Of a DNA stretch of 64,000 nt, positions 59,951 through 64,000 are shown piece after piece. Source of the DNA: Lama guanicoe (lineage: Eukaryota). A program made the position numbers and the translations under genes. The DNA is taken from contig MU053468.1 of the NCBI GenBank assembly GCA_013239625.1, positions 1-64,000 of the forward strand. Direction: 5' to 3'. The number at the start of each line of letters is the position of its first letter. Position 1 is the first letter of the stretch. The notes under the pieces are model-generated. The model had not been told where the DNA came from, did not search any database, and saw only the letters and a program-made list of their open reading frames with translations.

Positions 59951-62900
59951 TCTGGGGAAGGGGGCAGTGAGAGTGGAGGTTGTGGCATTGCTGGCTCTGA
60001 TATGTGTTTTGTCAGTTGTGGGCAGGAGTGTGGGGAGAGTGGAAGGGGAGGAGGCTGGACAGCAGAGTTTGATGGTGAAAGGCATCTGGATTTTGTCTTG
60101 AGGAAGTGGGGAGCCAGAGAAGTTTTCGGAGCAGGGCAGGTCCTTGTAAGATGTGTGCAGCAGGAGGTTCACTCTGGGGCCAAATGTGGGAATGGATGGC
60201 AGAGGAAGTTGGAAGGCCACTCAGGGCTGGGGTTCGTGGCATCTCGAGGAAGTGCCAGGATGGGGAGCGGGGAGAGGGGACAGAGGAAGAGCCAGCTCAG
60301 ACTGAAACCAGACGACGCCTTTGCTCTGGGGCTGAGTCTCCTTCTGGCCTCGCTCCCTCATCCTTCCTCTTTGGCAAAGACCCGAGTTCTGAAGGCAAAG
60401 CTGGGCAGCCCCTGTGGCTCTCCCCCCAGGGCCCTCCTGTCAGGAAGGAGGTCCAAGAACCTCTCTCCCTGAAGCCTGAGTGGCCAACGTAGAGTTTATA
60501 TCCTGAGTGGAGGAATGTTTGCCATTCTTCCTGCAGGAAGTCTGAGCGTGGTGGGCTTCCAGGCATTGATGAAGCCAGGCATTCCTGGGTCTTTCCTCTC
60601 GTCTTGGCTGGCCTGGGCTGCCCTCCTCCACATCCTCTGGGCAGACAGTGTACTCGGGCAGAGCCGGACCCCTGCCCACCCTATGCCTGCTTGAGTACCC
60701 TCCCTGCCCACAGGATGTGGCGGATGGCGAGTCTTCTCCAAATAACAGATCGGCCGGATCTAGACTTTGTAAAAATAGCCCTGGTTCAGCCCATGCCGAG
60801 GTGGGGCAGGACGTGAGCTCCAAGGCCACAGTGTGGGAGCCTGGGGCTCCCCCAGCACAGACCTCACCCACTCCTGCGTTGGGACCACCCTTTCTGCAGC
60901 CCTGGGGGGCTGGGGGTGGGTGGCTGGGTCCTGGGACTGCCTGCCAGGGTACAGAACTTCCAGTGGGGTTATTCAGAGCTTTGGGCTCTGGCCTCCTCAG
61001 CGGGCCCACAGGGAGAAGGCCTTCAGCCGGCCTGCTGAGCCCTGGGATCACCACGAGAAGTGGACTGCGCCTTAGGTATGCTGTCCACGCCCTGTCTCCG
61101 TGATGACCTCCTGCTGGCCCTGTGGGGAGGGGGCATCGCCAGTCTTACAGAGGAGGCTCAGACCCAGCTTCTCCTGATTGAGCCAGGGGCTCTGACTCCT
61201 CCCACACTGTCCTCTGCGGCCCTGCCCCCGTGCCCTGGCTCCTTGCCTGCTGCTCCATTGTCCCAGACCTGTGGGCTCAGCATACGTGAGCTGATTGAGG
61301 GCCTCCCCACACCCCAACCACAGGATGTCCTCGTGTTGGGAAAGCCGGCCCTACCGAGACCAGGGGAGGGGCAGCCAGTCTGCCCAGAAAGCTCTCCTCA
61401 AATAAACAAAGACTAGGGGCTGGGGCTGGTGGGCCCGGGAAGCTTCCAGCCCCAGCTGGTCTTTATTTTCAGCAGAGCTGCTTGCTGGCTGGAGAAGCCT
61501 CTGCGCCCCAACCTGGGACAAGGTTCACATGTCCAGGCCTTTGTCTGTGCTGGAACCTTCTGCCAGAACGTTTTTCCTCCTGTCCCTACCTGGTTGTGTT
61601 CAGGCCTCTCTGCTGGCCTGTGACATCCCTGAGGCCCGGGAGAGGTCCTTTCTCTTGTCTCCCCTGAGCAGAGGGCAGGGCCGTAAAGATGGATTGTGTC
61701 TCCCTCCTGACTTTGGACTCCTTTGTCCCCAAGGGGCAGGCACTTAGGGACAAGGGAGTCCAGGGTTAGGAGGGTTGCTGTGTCATCTTTGGCAAGTTCC
61801 TCCACCTGTCAGTGGCCCCAGCTGTAAAATGGGACCGACAGGAAAGCTCAGGCTGGGATTTGGTGACCTTTGGCAGGCTGGGGGTGGGGACAGGGTGTGG
61901 CCATTCCAACAGGAGTACATCCATAGTCCTGGATGCCTCTGCCCATGAAAACGAGCTGGCAGAAAGCCAGGGGGGAAGTGTGGGGGAGGGCGGCTGCCTT
62001 CCTGTTCCGCTCCAGACAAGAGGGTAGGGATGGACCAAGATGGCCGAGGTCTGGCCAAGGCCTGGCTCAACCCCTTCAGCCCCTGTCCACCCACCCAGTG
62101 GCGGCTTGTCCAGTGCTCCCCCTTGAAGGGGAGAAGAGCATGCTGTGTGTGGATCTCCACGGCCCTCTAATTAACCACCAAACCTGGTCCTAGGGCTTAG
62201 GGTCTCCCTCCACCCTCCTCCCACTGCCCCTCCATCCCCATCCCATCCTGCAGCCTGACAGCTTTCTCACTGTCCCCAGCACACCCTGAACTGTCTCTGA
62301 CCTTTGGAACATCAGCTGGGATCGTCCTCTGTTCTAGCCTGGCAGTCTGAAGTGTGATTTAGAGCTGGGACTCTGGAGTCAGGTGCATCGGGGTTTAAAG
62401 TCTGGCTCAGCCACACACTAGCTGCGCGATGTCACTCCTGTTCGCCTCTACCGTGTCCTCTGTGAGATGAAGATAATGTGAGAATCAAATGAGATAATCT
62501 GTGTTTGTGTCCAGGGCACATCCCTGGGCCTTGCCTGTAATAAACTCTCCATAAATGGGTAACTGCAGTTATTATTAACAATAAGCATCATGCTTCATTC
62601 ATCATTTTACAGTCTTGTACGATTTGTAATTTGTATTTTAGCATCCTTGATTTTAAGTATTATCACGGTAAACTCCTATGCATCCTTTAATGCCCAGCTT
62701 TGTCATCACTGCCTCCATGAAGCCTCCCTTCACTGTCCTGGTAGGATTTGGCCCTCTTTGCTGTTTCCCTGGCATTTTAACTTTTTAAGCTGGGCAACCC
62801 ACGGGCAGGATCTGCTCTCTGGCCAGACAAGGGGCAACTCCTACTCTGATTATTTCTGCGCACTCCCCATCTAACACAGACAGGCATAGACGGAACAATT

Positions 62901-63193
62901 CTTCCTCCTGCCCTGAACACATGTGAGTCCTGATGAGACTGAAATCTCTTTCCTGCCCATATCTTGATCTGATCTCAGGCAGGTCCTGGGAGACAGAGCC
63001 AGCAGGAAAAATTCTTTTTCGAGATATGAGGAAATAATTTCCACCTTGACTAATCTAAACAAGGGCCCAGTGTTGACCAAGGCTGACCCAGTCCAGGCAG
63101 GGCGTGGCATGAAGCACCTTGTAAGCATTATCTCATCCAGTGTTCAGAGCAAGCAAGGAGCTGCTATTTTTATCTTCACTTTACAGATGAGGA

Positions 63194-63634
63194 AGTTGGC
63201 GCACGGGAGCTGGCTTAGACAGGCTCATGAGAACTGATTGTTAAATTTTCAGGAATTGTGTGAGCTTGTTGTTAAATACAACCACTGTTAAAAACTAAAT
63301 TATGTAAACTTACAATTAAACTACATATTAAAAACAAAGGTAACAAATACTCAAAATTCACCCCTCCCTAATGATTTTACTACGTTTTGCTATTATCTAG
63401 CGTTATTTATTTTCTCAGGGTTATTTATGCCCATTGTACCTGGATGGTAGAACTACATGTGCAGCGCTGTGTGACTGCATGTCTCTTCCCAACCCTGATT
63501 AGTGACATCATATTGGTAGCTTGAAATCAGGCCATCGTGGGAATGTTTGCACCATGAAAACGGGCAAACACTGCACATCAGGGGTCCTCCCTTTTTGGAA
63601 GACCAGTCGTTAAATGTTTATCAGCACAGCACTG
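63194..63634 (+). mobile_element. MER63B-like hAT element inserted in a MIR
   Basis: gattgttaaattttcaggaatt...aaaaacaaaggtaacaaatactcaaaa...ttggtagcttgaaatcaggccat; MIR core ttacagatgagga before it, resuming gaggaacagagagg...gcccagggtcacccagct after it. Confidence 0.8.
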
Positions 63635-64000
63635 AATTGAGGAACAGAGAGGTTTGTGGTCTGCCCAGGGTCACCCAGCTGGGAAGGAACAGAGCTGAAT
63701 TCAAGCCCAGGCAGTATGTCTCTGGTGCCCAGATTCGGGCATCACTCGCTGATTCTGCCCGAGGCTCCAATCACACAGTTGGGATTAAAAGGTTCCCCCC
63801 GCACTCATACACCCACGTCCTGTTCATTTAGGTAAGAGACAGTCAGATTGTTCCAGCCCAGCCCGTTGCCCTCTTGTCCACTTCCTCCTTTCCTTCCTCA
63901 GCACCCTCGGTCTCTTCTAGTCCGGCCTGCCTCCTAGGGACTCACGTCTGTGAGGGAGCAGCCAGCTTGGTGGTCAGAGGCCGGCCAACTGGCCGCCGGG

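Noticed and set aside
60002..61416. ORFs of 120-204 aa in SPNS2 intron 2, considered as SPNS2 exon 3 or a nested gene
   Set aside because: No SPNS2 exon 3 motif (FGYLGDR) found; composition is typical of GC-rich intron. Exon 3 appears to lie beyond the window.
1..64000. CRISPR arrays, operons, rRNA or other prokaryotic-type systems
   Set aside because: The sequence is mammalian, with spliceosomal introns and mammalian repeats; no repeat-spacer arrays or rRNA-like segments were seen.

Overview
Mammalian genomic DNA, most likely a camelid: it carries several copies of a camelid-type tRNA-derived SINE, and I recognised no Alu, B1, Bov-tA, PRE-1 or CAN-SINE. The window holds the tandem spinster-family (MFS) locus, both genes on the + strand. 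The 3' part of SPNS3 spans 494-34507 (ten exons, homologous to exons 3-12, poly(A) signal at 34789). About 8 kb downstream lie the CpG-island promoter, exon 1 (CDS 43243-43621) and exon 2 (56070-56135) of the S1P exporter SPNS2. The rest is intronic or intergenic DNA rich in L1, L2, MIR, MLT/ERV LTRs, hAT MITEs and simple repeats. The main anomaly is that SPNS3 exon 6 is 144 nt and breaks the reading frame (premature TGA at 2856-2858) at about the hinge between the two 6-TM MFS halves. A strong-Kozak ATG in the C-half frame follows 13 nt later, and several family-conserved residues are altered elsewhere. SPNS3 is therefore a candidate young pseudogene, an assembly error, or (speculatively) a split transporter. 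SPNS2 shows a strong-context uORF, an expanded (Ser-Thr-Pro)3 repeat and several dense intronic TF-motif clusters. Exon numbering, repeat family names and cross-species comparisons are from recalled knowledge, not database searches. Repeat boundaries are approximate unless TSDs are given. Nearly all ORFs in the supplied track are non-coding noise.
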